From positions 17,050,001 through 17,114,000 of the forward strand of contig JBHGNT010000008.1 of the NCBI GenBank assembly GCA_043228905.1: a DNA stretch of 64,000 nt, given 5' to 3'. This DNA is from Azolla caroliniana. Lineage: Eukaryota; Plantae; Polypodiophyta. Position numbers and translations under genes: made by a program. Each line of letters opens with the position of its first letter. Position 1 is the first letter of the stretch. Of this stretch, positions 1 to 11,045 are shown in pieces. A model generated the notes under the pieces. The model did not search any database. It saw only the letters and a list, made by a program, of their open reading frames with translations, and had not been told where the DNA came from.

Positions 1-14
1 TTGATCCCGTTGAA

Positions 15-1286
15 ATGTTGAATTCGGGGCATCGTTTGACCCCGATTTCCGTGGTTTTCCCGAGAATCCCTAAGGAATACATGGCTGTACTCCCATCAAT
101 TGCAGCAAGAATCGGCACGATTCTTCCTCCTCGAGAGGAGACAATAGGAATGAAATTAACGGGATACCCATCAATTCGAATACTAGTTTCCTCAATAGAA
201 AATTTACCTACTCAGGTACTTTTACCATCGCTTACCGGGAACTCGACATTCATGCAAAAATTGGAGTATATAGGTATGCCTGGACAATGCTTTTATTGTA
301 AACAGCAAGGCCATGTTTTGAAATATTGCCCAAAAAAGAAGAACGGGGTTAGACCCCAGAATGGTACAAATAACGTGTATACAGACGTTAACCATGTTAA
401 TCTGGATAAGAAGCAACAATCTCATTTAGGTGGAGGAAGTGGAAAGGGGAAAAATGTTCAGCCATCCAAGGATGAAAAAGGGAAAAATATCCAAACATTC
501 GAGGATGAGATATGGAAACCAATTGAAAAACGGCACTCAATACCCAATAAATGCATTGAATCTAAGGGTGCTCACGTAAGTATAGGCCGTTATGATGCCA
601 TACAGGAACTAGATAACTCTTTGTCTCAAAATGATGTTCAGATATGCCAAATTAGTAATGTTTCTGAACAATCTACTCCTAATAGAGAAGGGACTGAATC
701 AGTTAATAATCTTGTTATGGCCACTCAGAGCAAAACAATGGAATCAAGTAAACAACATTTGAACTTGAGTAATGTATCGCGAAACCTTCACAGATCTACA
801 AAACGTTCGTCTAGCTTGAGAGGGTTAAATGCGAACTTCATTCGCACAATCCCGATAAATTCTCAAGTAGAAAGTACTAGTGATTTTGCAATCAATCGAT
901 GGAATGCCACATATGGGTTTGAGTTTTTGAAATTTTTGGGAGACATAGTTGATAATGGCAGTGCATCAATACGTGTTCATGTTCTTTTCAAGACTATGCA
1001 ATCTTTTGTAGGATTTTCTTTCCCTTTTTGTGGATATGATAAACAAACATGGGTGGCAGCGGATGTTAGATTGGTTATTAGACAACAAACACTACACTTC
1101 GCAAAATATGTTAATTGTGACAATTTTGGGGAAGTATTATTAAGGGGACTAGAGGCAGCAACTATACAACTCTTGCCAGTGTCTGATGTGATGGGGCGAA
1201 GGCAAGTGGTGGTATCCTTAGATGCTGAGATCCTTCCAAATTGTGGATATACCTATATCCATGAAGATAGACTATCGGAAGGTTAA
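15..1286 (+). CDS. LINE ORF1 (gag-like, zinc knuckle), 5'-partial; frame continues stop-free from 1287 to TAA 1434-1436
   Basis: CFYCKQQGHVLKYC CCHC motif; lies directly upstream of ORF2. Confidence 0.8.
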   Translation: MLNSGHRLTPISVVFPRIPKEYMAVLPSIAARIGTILPPREETIGMKLTGYPSIRILVSSIENLPTQVLLPSLTGNSTFMQKLEYIGMPGQCFYCKQQGHVLKYCPKKKNGVRPQNGTNNVYTDVNHVNLDKKQQSHLGGGSGKGKNVQPSKDEKGKNIQTFEDEIWKPIEKRHSIPNKCIESKGAHVSIGRYDAIQELDNSLSQNDVQICQISNVSEQSTPNREGTESVNNLVMATQSKTMESSKQHLNLSNVSRNLHRSTKRSSSLRGLNANFIRTIPINSQVESTSDFAINRWNATYGFEFLKFLGDIVDNGSASIRVHVLFKTMQSFVGFSFPFCGYDKQTWVAADVRLVIRQQTLHFAKYVNCDNFGEVLLRGLEAATIQLLPVSDVMGRRQVVVSLDAEILPNCGYTYIHEDRLSEG

Positions 1287-1436
1287 ATATTGGCTAAAGC
1301 TCATCATCATTATAGAATGGTACGCGATACGATACCTTTACAATCGAAAAGTGGTGAACAAGATGGTAGTGAGGCCAATCTTGAGCCGTTAGCGAAAAAC
1401 ATGAAAATGGCATCACAGCAACCTAAGTTCCCTTAA

Positions 1437-4400
1437 ATGCGAGTGATGTCATGGAATGTTCAGGGGTTAGGGGGCCCCTTATATAGACGATACAAGTATC
1501 GTCTCCGTCAAGAAATTAACAAATGCATAGTGGGTGGATCCCTCGACTTTCTTTTAATACAAGAACATCATTTAAATACTTTTAGAATTTCTCGGTATGG
1601 TTCTATTTTATCTGGAAATTGGGACATGTTTTGGTCCCCCGCGATAGGCAACACGGAAGTCCGTGGTGGGGTTTGTATGGCTATTTCTCAGAGGTGGATT
1701 TCATCCATTATACAAAAACAAGTGATCATTCCTGGAAGGGCTCAATATGTTATTATGCAAGAGGGGGAGATTATATGGGGACTCCTGAATATATATGCTC
1801 CTAATACTGCTTCTGCTAGGCAACAATTTTGGAAAGAATTATTAGAGAATCTGCCTCCCCTTGATCATTGGTGTATCGCCGGTGACTTCAATATGCTTGA
1901 GGACCCCATTGATAGAATGGGAGGTAGCTCAACTACGATACATGGCCATGAATTAGCAATGTGGGAACAATTGGTGTTCTCCTTACAAATTTTAGATGCT
2001 TGGCATGCTCCTTCGATGGTTCATACAAATACCTCTCTTTTATTTTCAAGATCAGATAGACGTGTAAATGGTACTAACTTAGCTCGATTGGATAGATTCT
2101 ATGTATCTGGCAAATTTATTTCAGCAACTGGTACAATACATATAATGCCAGGGACTACCTTCTCTGATCATGCTCCAGTGATTCTTTCAATATCAACCCA
2201 AAACCTTAAAGAATTCTCCAATATGAAGATTCCTGAAAATTTGCTGTTAGACAATAGCTTTTCCTTACAAGTGGCTCAATTATGGTCACAAAAGGATGTT
2301 GTACAGGAATCAATGGCGGGGCGGGTAGCTAATGGCTTACGATGTATTTCAGAATTTTTTAGGGGTAAATCTAAGGAGAGGTTCTCTATGATCCAAGAAA
2401 AGGAGAAACGGTCTCGTACTTCTCTTGTTTCTCTACAACGATTACAAGAACGTTATCCACACTGTACTTGGATTGCTGAGAAAATTGGGTCAGCAAAACA
2501 AGAACTTGCTATACTATTAGAAAAGCGTGCAGAATTTCAATACCATAATAGGGCATCTAGTTGGACCCAAATGGGTGATAAATGTACAGCTGAATTTTTT
2601 CATGCAATGAGACCCAATCATAATGCGGTTTCAATCAAACAACTACAAGATGAGAATGGGACCATCTCATCTGACCCTAAAGTGATGAGAGAAATAGCCA
2701 CACGATACTATTCCAACCTACTATCAGCTATTTCATTCTCCGATGAGGATTTAATAAGTCGGTCTTGTGTATGGAATAAAATGAGTTCAAGAATAACACA
2801 GGATATGAATGCCAGTCTTCAAGACGTTCTTACTCATGAGGAATTGAGTGAAGCACTCCAAGCTTTGCCTAAGAATAGTTGTCCAGGTATGGATGGATTA
2901 ACCCCATCATTTTTCATTAAATATTGGGACTTGTTTAAATCAGATTTATGTACAGCATTCCAACAAATTCTTCGAGAGGGCATTATGCCTTCACATTTTA
3001 CAGAAGGAATAATTTACCTTATCCCTAAATCAGAAGGTCCTTCATTGGACATCAAGAAATGGCGCCCAATTACATTACTGAATACGGTGTATAAAATCCT
3101 AGCTAAAGCGCTTAGTATAAGACTTGGTACTATAATGCCTATAGTTATCCATCCGTCGCAAACAGGATTTATTCAGGAAAGGAGCATATTGGATAATGTG
3201 TATACATTTTGGGAATCTGCTGCCTTGGCAGCCAAATCTAATCAAGAGTTGGCCATTGTTATGCTTGATTTTGAGAAAGCGTATGACCGTGTTGACTGGG
3301 AATTTTTACAAGGTGTACTGGCTCGTTTTGGTTTCTCGAAAGAATGGATAAAAGGTATTTCTTCATTATATAATTCGGCACAAAGCAGAGTCTTACTGGT
3401 TGGGAATTATGGACCTTTGTTTACTATTTCTCGATCAGTTCGACAGGGTTGTCCTTTAGCTCCTTTCTTGTTTCTGTTTTTTGCTGAGGCAATGATTTCC
3501 TTTTTGAATGCTGGTGATATTGGTATACGCGGAATACGCATCCCATTCTCACATATAGAAGTAAGGGACGCTGAATTTGCAGATGACACTGCCCTATATT
3601 TAAAAGGTGATTTGGAAAATCTGCAGAAAACAGAATTGGCCATATCCACATTTTGTAAGGCTTCGGGGGCACTGGTTAATTGGTGCAAGTCCTTTGCATT
3701 TTGGGTGGGGGATGTAGAGCCTCCTCTATGGAGTCCACACCCGCAATTTCGATGGATACCATCAGGTTGTCCAGTTCGATACTTAGGGTGTACGATAGGT
3801 ATTGATCTTTCAATGGAAAATCAAGTGGCACCCCTCCTATTGTCACTGCGGAAAAAGTTGTTGTTATGGAGTTCAGCCAAGCTATCTTTTGCTGGTCGGA
3901 TTGTAGTGGCTAATCAGGTTTTATTGGCTTCAACATGGTATGTTTTGTCATGTTGGATATTCTCCAAGTCATGTATTCTGAAAATACGTAGATTGGTTCG
4001 TAACTTCTTGTGGTCTGGTAAAACAGAAGGCAATGCTCGGTCCAAAGTGAAATGGGATGTTATTACCTTACCTCGCTCTAAAGGAGGATTAGGTATTATT
4101 GATCCAGTGGACCAATCCAGAGCATTGTTAAGTAAGTTGCTCGTTAGAGGATTTATGCCGGGGCAAGAGATATGGAAAGTATTATTGCTTGACCGTTGCT
4201 CAGATTGCTTTCCTCGCTTAGGTGCTCCCTGGTCGAAGGATGTGAATTGGATATTTAGGGAAAATTTCCGAGTACCTTCAGCCACTAGATGGGAAGACAA
4301 ATTTATTAGGACATTATTTGCAGCATGGAAACAAGTACTACCTGGTTTGCTTCGCAATAAACCGAACCCCAAACATTATCTTGAGTATCACAGACAAAAG

Positions 4401-5780
4401 ATAGTTTGGAACCCGTTGTTTACAACATCAGATGGTTTTGTGTTGGGTTCTAGACAATGGTTATCGTGGGGAAAAATGACAGAAGGTCCCGCGAAAACAA
4501 TTCAGACTTGGAAAGAATTTTTATCGCGATCTTTGGAAGAACAAAAAGAAATCTTACGTAATATGCATGGCGGACATATAATGTACCAACAAATTCAAGA
4601 AGCTATGAGTAGACAACCCATACCACCCAATAACACTAACCATAGATGGATTGGGGTTTTTTCAAGATTGGAAGTACTCTTGGCTGTTAAGGGTTATTCA
4701 AATGATAAGACATACCGGTTGTTTGAGGTGGATGAAACAAATCAATTGTCTCAGTCCGGGGAAATGGTGATAGATTACCCCTATGCCATTGAGCACAAGA
4801 TAAGGATAATTGGATATGCCGATCGTAAATGGTATATTGATCCAATGATAGAGGAAATAAGGACACATTGGAAGTTGTGGGTGTTAGCTAAAAGACCGGT
4901 ATTCAGATTAGATTGGGACCCAATTGACTATCATTGGACAGATCCTTACACGGGTAGCAAGTTCAATTTCTTCCAATATTCTGTACAGTTGGGAAGACAT
5001 GTACTTTCAGATACACGTGATGTGGTACCAGCTGCATCTCAATATTGGAATCAACAAGGTATTACTCCCCAATTCCTTGCAAAATTCTGGGCTATCTTAT
5101 GGGCAAGAAAACAGCAACACAAAATATTACATGTACAGTGGTTAGTTGTACACAAGGCGTTGCCGGTTGGCACATGGTTGCATAGGATGGGAGTGTCTTC
5201 ATGTTGTACTCGATGTCATTTACAAACGGAAACTCAAAAACATTGTTTATGGGAATGCATTGATTCTCAACAGATATGGCAACGGCTCCTTAGAATTTTC
5301 GCTAATTATTTTCCCCCGTTGGTTCTCACTTGGGGCATGGTCGTTTGGACATCACTTGCCCGTGATGTGTTTCATTATGGCATCGAATCTATGGACCATG
5401 GGTTTTACACTAAAAATGGAAGTGTTCGTACATTATCAATGATGTCATTACAGTTTTCAGGAGTAAGGAAGGAAGTTCAGCCAATATGGGAGATATTGAG
5501 TAGTACCACTGTCTATCACATTTGGAAAGCTCGGTGTTCTCTCGTTTTCCATAATTTGAAAACACCACCTGCTGAAGTGATTTCTAATATTTGGTTAGAG
5601 ATAGTTCATGCTTTGAAGGGTCAATGGGATGGTATAGTGGGAGATTCTGATGCTAAAATTGCTCAACGGCATGAGTTTCTTATTATCTGGACAGCTACTC
5701 CATTTGTGACATCCAGGTTCACTACTCCTTATTGGCATTTTCAGCCACCGAAATGGTTGTTTCCCCCGCCGATTACATAG
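1437..5780 (+). CDS. LINE ORF2: AP endonuclease, reverse transcriptase, C-terminal zinc finger (1447 aa, uninterrupted)
   Basis: SWNVQGL, NIYAPN, GDFN, LDRF, SDH (APE); WRPITLLN, DFEKAYD, RQGCPLAP, FADD (RT); CTRC..ETQKHCLWEC (zf-RVT). Confidence 0.96.
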   Translation: MRVMSWNVQGLGGPLYRRYKYRLRQEINKCIVGGSLDFLLIQEHHLNTFRISRYGSILSGNWDMFWSPAIGNTEVRGGVCMAISQRWISSIIQKQVIIPGRAQYVIMQEGEIIWGLLNIYAPNTASARQQFWKELLENLPPLDHWCIAGDFNMLEDPIDRMGGSSTTIHGHELAMWEQLVFSLQILDAWHAPSMVHTNTSLLFSRSDRRVNGTNLARLDRFYVSGKFISATGTIHIMPGTTFSDHAPVILSISTQNLKEFSNMKIPENLLLDNSFSLQVAQLWSQKDVVQESMAGRVANGLRCISEFFRGKSKERFSMIQEKEKRSRTSLVSLQRLQERYPHCTWIAEKIGSAKQELAILLEKRAEFQYHNRASSWTQMGDKCTAEFFHAMRPNHNAVSIKQLQDENGTISSDPKVMREIATRYYSNLLSAISFSDEDLISRSCVWNKMSSRITQDMNASLQDVLTHEELSEALQALPKNSCPGMDGLTPSFFIKYWDLFKSDLCTAFQQILREGIMPSHFTEGIIYLIPKSEGPSLDIKKWRPITLLNTVYKILAKALSIRLGTIMPIVIHPSQTGFIQERSILDNVYTFWESAALAAKSNQELAIVMLDFEKAYDRVDWEFLQGVLARFGFSKEWIKGISSLYNSAQSRVLLVGNYGPLFTISRSVRQGCPLAPFLFLFFAEAMISFLNAGDIGIRGIRIPFSHIEVRDAEFADDTALYLKGDLENLQKTELAISTFCKASGALVNWCKSFAFWVGDVEPPLWSPHPQFRWIPSGCPVRYLGCTIGIDLSMENQVAPLLLSLRKKLLLWSSAKLSFAGRIVVANQVLLASTWYVLSCWIFSKSCILKIRRLVRNFLWSGKTEGNARSKVKWDVITLPRSKGGLGIIDPVDQSRALLSKLLVRGFMPGQEIWKVLLLDRCSDCFPRLGAPWSKDVNWIFRENFRVPSATRWEDKFIRTLFAAWKQVLPGLLRNKPNPKHYLEYHRQKIVWNPLFTTSDGFVLGSRQWLSWGKMTEGPAKTIQTWKEFLSRSLEEQKEILRNMHGGHIMYQQIQEAMSRQPIPPNNTNHRWIGVFSRLEVLLAVKGYSNDKTYRLFEVDETNQLSQSGEMVIDYPYAIEHKIRIIGYADRKWYIDPMIEEIRTHWKLWVLAKRPVFRLDWDPIDYHWTDPYTGSKFNFFQYSVQLGRHVLSDTRDVVPAASQYWNQQGITPQFLAKFWAILWARKQQHKILHVQWLVVHKALPVGTWLHRMGVSSCCTRCHLQTETQKHCLWECIDSQQIWQRLLRIFANYFPPLVLTWGMVVWTSLARDVFHYGIESMDHGFYTKNGSVRTLSMMSLQFSGVRKEVQPIWEILSSTTVYHIWKARCSLVFHNLKTPPAEVISNIWLEIVHALKGQWDGIVGDSDAKIAQRHEFLIIWTATPFVTSRFTTPYWHFQPPKWLFPPPIT

Positions 5781-5830
5781 AGGTTTAAAATCTTGTAATT
5801 TGTTTATACTAATGACAGGATAACTTCTTT

Positions 5831-5854
5831 AAAAAAAAAAAATAAAAAAAAAAA
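5831..5854 (+). other. Poly(A) tail of the LINE
   Basis: A12-T-A11, 50 nt after the ORF2 stop. Confidence 0.9.
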
Positions 5855-5859
5855 CTTGT

Positions 5860-6625
5860 TTGTAAGTATGAAGATTTGTATACATATAGTATGTAATAGT
5901 AGGTATTAATATGTATGTGTATGTGTATATATATAATATGTAATTTATTTTTTTGTATGTATTATGTATATATGTATGTTAATATATATATGGTTGATTC
6001 TAATATGTATGTAGTATGTAATGCATGTATGTATGTGTATGTACATATTTATATATAGTAATATATATTTGTACATATATTTAGTCAATTTGCATGTATA
6101 AATGGGTGTAATGTATGTACATACATTTTCATGGATGTAAGTTTGAATGTAGGTATATATGCATGTATGTGGTATGCATGCGTGATGTGTGTTATGTTTG
6201 TATTTTATGTATGGAATGTGTGAAATGTGTATGGTATGTGTGTATATATAATATGTAATTTATTTTTTTGCGTTTGGTTTGTATATATGCATTTGTATAT
6301 AATTGTGTGTATAATAATATATCTGTGTAATATGTAGTATATAAAATATGTTTGTAAGAATGTGTATGTAAATATGTAATATTAATTTGATGTATATATT
6401 ATGTATATGTGTATGTCAATATATATGGCTGATTCTAATATCTATGTAGTATATAATGTATGTATGTATCTACATATTTATATATGGTAATATATATTTG
6501 CACATATATTTATGTTTAATCAAAATGCATGTATAAATGGGTGTAATGTATATATATACATATTCATGTATGTAATGTTTGAATGTAGGTATTTATGGAT
6601 GCATGCATGTACATATATGTATGTA
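5860..6625. repeat. TA/TG-rich low-complexity tract with a diverged ~210 bp direct duplication (~5960-6170 vs ~6400-6610)
   Basis: Shared blocks such as gattctaatat and tgcatgtataaatgggtgtaatgtat in both copies. Confidence 0.75.
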
Positions 6626-6849
6626 TGCTACTCCAAATTTGAGTATTGTTTGCATAATATATTCTTTACTATCTCATTGAAATATCTAATATTTCATGGG
6701 CTTATGTAAAAAAAATTCTAGCATAATTGATAATACCCTTATGTAAATATATTTTCAGATCTTTATTAATACCCTTATATATATTATGTATCTCAGTGAT
6801 TAATTTAAACCCCTTTTGATGAACTCATGTGCTATCATACAAGTTTTGA

Positions 6850-7603
6850 CAGTGAAGCCCCCGGGGATGAACATCCTCTCGTCTCTACGCCCTTGCGCAA
6901 TAATCTGGCCCTCTTCCTCGATGAAGCACCCAAGGTGCGTAAACCGCACCTACATCCCCTGGTCAACGATCTGACCGATTGACACCAGGTTCTTCGTGAT
7001 AGTCGGAACACGTAATACGTTCATCAGCTTCCCCCTCTGTCCGCTGTGCTTGCGGCGAAAACCTTCTTCAGGTTTCCCCAAGCTTCTTTTGGTGTCTTGG
7101 CATCTCGGACATGGCTCAACAGTTGGTCTCCGACACTGGACGCAAAGCAGTACATCACTCTGCTTGCCGCTTGTTCCCACATTGGGAAGTCCTTGTGTGC
7201 CGCATCAGGCGCTGTGTCGTTAGCTCCGTCGACATAGCTCCAGTAACCATGCCCAAGCAGGTACTGGTGCATCTTGTATGACTAAGATGCGTAGTTGGAT
7301 CTGTCGAGCTTCTCCACCGGGAGTGAGCTAGCCATTCCTTTGTCCATCACTTCTCTTTCTGTTCTTATCGGGTCTTAGGGTTTGTCTCCAGATGTTGATG
7401 TCGGATGTAGAGGATCTCAACCCTCGTGCTCTGATACCATGTGAAGGATTATGTGTGGAAGCGTCAAATAGACCGGCCTAGCCGGGTAGCAACACAGAGA
7501 GAGAGACATTCTAAGCAAATGCCAAAAATCGCGAAAAGGAGGGCCGCAGATTTTACAAATGGACAAGAAAAGCATTCAAATTCTCCGCGAAGACCTGATC
7601 AAG
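6850..7603 (-). mobile_element. Deleted Copia remnant: part of 5' LTR (from 7440), PBS tRNA-iMet, gag N-terminus fused to protease-region fragment
   Basis: gctctgatacca 7428-7439 (reverse complement TGGTATCAGAGC) abutting TG; MHQYLLGHGYWSY gag joined near 7040 to NVLRVPTITKNLVSIGQIVDQG; both resemble elements B/C. Confidence 0.85.
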
Positions 7604-7915
7604 TGTTGAGCGGCAAGCTCAACCGGATCCGGATCGGCATCCGGAAGGATGAGCCGGATCGATGAGCTGGTGAGCAAGTGAGTCGGTTAGCTGGATCAAG
7701 TAGTAACCGGAAGCCAAGTAGCAACTAGACTACTAGGTAGTTAATGTCTCGTGGTTAGTGTCAGACACTCGTGTGAGCATTGAAGTACACTGTACTTTCG
7801 TCAGTCCTCTTAGGACTTGTATAAATAGTGTTGTTGAGCATGTTGTATAGTGACAGAGAACTATTATTGTTTGTAATAGATTTTTAAACGTTCTGCTCTT
7901 TCTCTGTCTCTCGAT
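7604..7915 (+). mobile_element. Truncated LTR related to the element C LTR, in opposite orientation
   Basis: Starts tgttgagcggcaagctcaac (C LTR sense: tgttgagagacaagctcaac); shares gagcattgaagtac..tcagtcct..cttgtataaa. Confidence 0.7.
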
Positions 7916-7919
7916 TTCC

Positions 7920-9400
7920 TTGAGCCATTGTTCAAACTCGGCTATTCGGCTTTCCGAAGCCTGCCATAGCCCTACAACCGTTTTTGCCTGTTTGCACGCT
8001 TGCTTGCTACAAAGAGCCATGTCCTTGGCTGCGTGGGTCGACTTGTCCAACTAACGGAAAGTTTCGACTAGGGTTGTGTTGAGCTCAGGTAGCTTGATCT
8101 GCATGCGACGGAACGGGTCTTGCTTTGCCTCTTCCGGCCAATTTTCTGTAGCTACGACTCTTCATCGGACTCGAGCTCTTGTGCGAGTGCCCGTTCAACC
8201 ATCTACGCCTGTTGGACCATCTGGGCCATGCGTGCCACAATGGCAACCTGAAGGCGTGTGAGAAAGTCTATTAGCTCGTATGTCATGCCGTGCTATAAGA
8301 TCGCGCCGAGCTCATAGGCTTCGACGGGCAGGTCCTTGAAGGTCAGGACTTCTTCCTCCGAGATGCGAGACGCTTGTCCTTGTTCTATATTCCCAGTCAA
8401 GGACAGAGCTTTGTCTTTGACGACAACTATCGTCTTCTCGGGAACGACGACTAGTTGTAGATTCTCGATTGAGGAGTCCCCCTTGGCTTGTTCCTCACTA
8501 CGTCGTTGCAAGCGACGATGTTTCTTCGCGGGGCTCGGTTGTGGAGATGTCTTCTTTGTGTCTGTTGAATCCTCTTGGAGCCGTTTAGGCCGTTCCACGT
8601 GTCGAATACGAGTGTATAATGGCCGTATTCACATTGTCCTTTTGGACAGCCCAAGTTTGGGCTATTTCTGTAAATAGCATAAAGGGCAGTTGCCCTAAGA
8701 TAGTCACTATATAAAGTGACTTTGTAACCTTTAGTTGGTGTGGTTGTTGGTGTTGTTGGTTGTCTTTTGTAACTATTGCTATTAAAAAATAAAACATTTC
8801 TCTTGTGCCTCTCTCTCTCTCTCTCTCTGTATCTTGTTCATTCTCATACATAGGTCCTTCAACATCACAGATGTTGTTTGTTCTTCTGCTCTGACGACCT
8901 TGTCCCCAACACCACAGATGGTTGCTTGTTGTCGATCGAGGTTGTTCGGGTCTCCTCCTGGAGGTCTTGTCACAGGTTGGTCCATTTAAGCTTGGGCTTC
9001 TCCACCGGGGCAAATGTCTTGGGCTTTTCGTGCCCTCAGATGGTGATATCTTCCATTAGATCCTGGGCCTTGGTGGCTGGGGTTGGTTGTGGCGAGGGCG
9101 GAGTTTGTGCAAGCAGATCATCATGCCATTCCTCCTGGGCAAGGTGTAAAGCACGTTGCCTCATTGTCTAAGTGGGCAGGGCGAGGGTGCATAATGGGGT
9201 GGGTAGAGCACATATAGGTAATGTGCTAAAGCAGGCAAGAACCTTTTCCTTGCTTGGAAAGCTGATAAACAGACGCAGACTCCTTCCTCGGCGATGATTC
9301 CCTAGTATATTGCACCGCCCCTGTAGGCGGTGATGATGATACCGGCCTTCTTTTTCGGCATGTTATACGCGTTAGCGACCATGCAACCGAACTCTAGGAG
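7920..9400 (-). pseudogene. Degraded coding-like segment of unknown, probably retroelement-accessory, origin, split by a solo LTR
   Basis: Minus-strand ORF pieces; AEEQTTSV and ERPKRLQ join in frame when 8600-8864 is removed. Confidence 0.35.
8600..8864 (+). mobile_element. Probable solo LTR (265 bp)
   Basis: TG..CA ends (tgtcgaa..ttcaaca), TATA ctatataaag near 8707, CT tract; flanks CCACG / TCACA (TSD with two transitions). Confidence 0.6.
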
Positions 9401-9459
9401 AAATCAGGACAAATCTCCAAAGAGCTGATGAGGCCCGCCTTGCGTGCAATATGCGGTCA

Positions 9460-11045
9460 TGATGTTGCGCGTTCAGTGGAAGAAAAAGTGAAAAAGTGTG
9501 GTCCATACACATTACAAAAATGATTATAAATATGAAAATTAGCCTAGTAGGGTCTAGTAGCATTTCAATACAGAGGGCTAGTAGCATTTCAATACATACA
9601 AAGGGGGTAGAAGTAAGGTGTGAACCTTGCACCTCTAGGATAAAGGACGTTTGGGTTATCACTAGGACTACTGTCATGTACTTTAAATTTTATGTGTTTT
9701 CTTTTCATATTCAATTTACACATGAAACAAACATACGAAACCATGTGCACAAAACCATGTTTTGTGCATGTCACAAAGAAAAACCATGTGCATAGAAACC
9801 ATGGCACCAAACCCATGGTTTTGTGCATGTCACAAAGAAAAACCACGTGCATAGAAACCATGGCACCAAACCCATGGTTTTGTGCATGTCACAAAGAAAA
9901 ACCATGTGCATAGAAACCATGGCACCAAACCCATGGTTTTGTGCATGGACAAACCTATAAAAACCCTAGTAGACCTTGTGTAAGTGGGGGGTCAATCTGG
10001 AGATCATCATCATCGTTGTCAATAATATTATATTCTTCTTGACATCTATCTTCTTCTCGAGTATAAAAATCTTTGTTCTGTTCAAATGTGACATTGATTT
10101 CCTCAACTCATATGTACACATTGTTGTCTTTTCGACAAGTTCACGAACGTCCTCCTTGGTCCGTTGCCCTGGTGGTCCCACTCGCACGAAGCATGCACGC
10201 ACACACATCTTCGCGACATCATTTGGTGAACCCAACGTGAAGAGCGGCATGGGAGGATGAAAATGGATGAGGAATATCTCATGGAGGCAATGTCAAAGAT
10301 GATGATGGACTTTTCCAGAAAAGGGAAAAGATGAGATGCGGCCCAACAAGCCGTTGAGAGTGTGGTCAAGAGAGTCGGATGTTTCAACAGGGGTGCAATG
10401 CAAAAATTTCGAAAGGCCTACAATGTTTAGATGGGTTTGAGAGGTGTGAACGAAGCACTGAGGCTGGAATACTTTTGTCGGGTGGTGGTTGAACCGATCT
10501 ACCAAGAGATGAAAGAGCTTCAACAAGCTCACGACTCATGGGTGTCCTTCGAGTAAACTCTATTGGAGGCATAAGGATATGAGAAACCGAAGGGACGAGG
10601 TCGGCGTGAGTTCGACCAATGGGTATCATCAATGAAGACCCACCAAAGTGCCATGCACGCGTTCCTAGAGTTTGAGCATCGTTTTGCTCAACTCTTAGAG
10701 TGGGAACAAAGATTCGTGGGGGTGGATAAGGTCTTGTTGTTTGTGAAGTCAATAGATTGGACGGAAAGGAAGGCAATTGGAATCCATCTTGAGGATGATG
10801 ATGGAGCAAATGGCCTCACCGAGAATTGGGTCAAAGTCAAAAGAGTATGTTGACGACATGACAAGAGGAAGATGGGAATCTTGTCAACAATGTCATGGCC
10901 CATGAGGGACGATCGAAGGAGGACGAGATGCGGCAACATGCCACCACCAATGGAAGAAAGCTCGAAGAAGGAAGGTTCGACAATACTCGACATAGAAGTC
11001 TTTATGAGAGAGGCATTCGAGAACTTAAAGGTGCAAGTTGAGGCC
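9460..11045 (+). mobile_element. Element Y: degraded Gypsy related to D (LTR ending 10218, PBS tRNA-Trp, decayed gag); left boundary approximate
   Basis: LTR end atcttcgcgaca like D's atcttcacgaca; tggtgaacccaacgtgaa 10224-10241; gag remnants resemble D gag. Confidence 0.75.
9738..9947. repeat. 59-bp tandem repeat (~3 copies plus a partial copy) in the Y LTR, upstream of a TATA box
   Basis: Unit aaccatgtgcatagaaaccatggcaccaaacccatggttttgtgcatgtcacaaagaaa, period 59. Confidence 0.9.

Larger units (their letters stand above)
1..5854 (+). mobile_element. LINE retrotransposon (plant L1-type), 5' end outside window
   Basis: ORF1 with CCHC knuckle, ORF2 with APE endonuclease + RT + zf-RVT, short 3' UTR and poly(A) at 5831-5854. 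Confidence 0.95.

Noticed and set aside
9738-9947. Partly palindromic regular repeats resembling a CRISPR array
   Set aside because: Head-to-tail 59-bp units without unique spacers, inside a plant LTR, no cas genes
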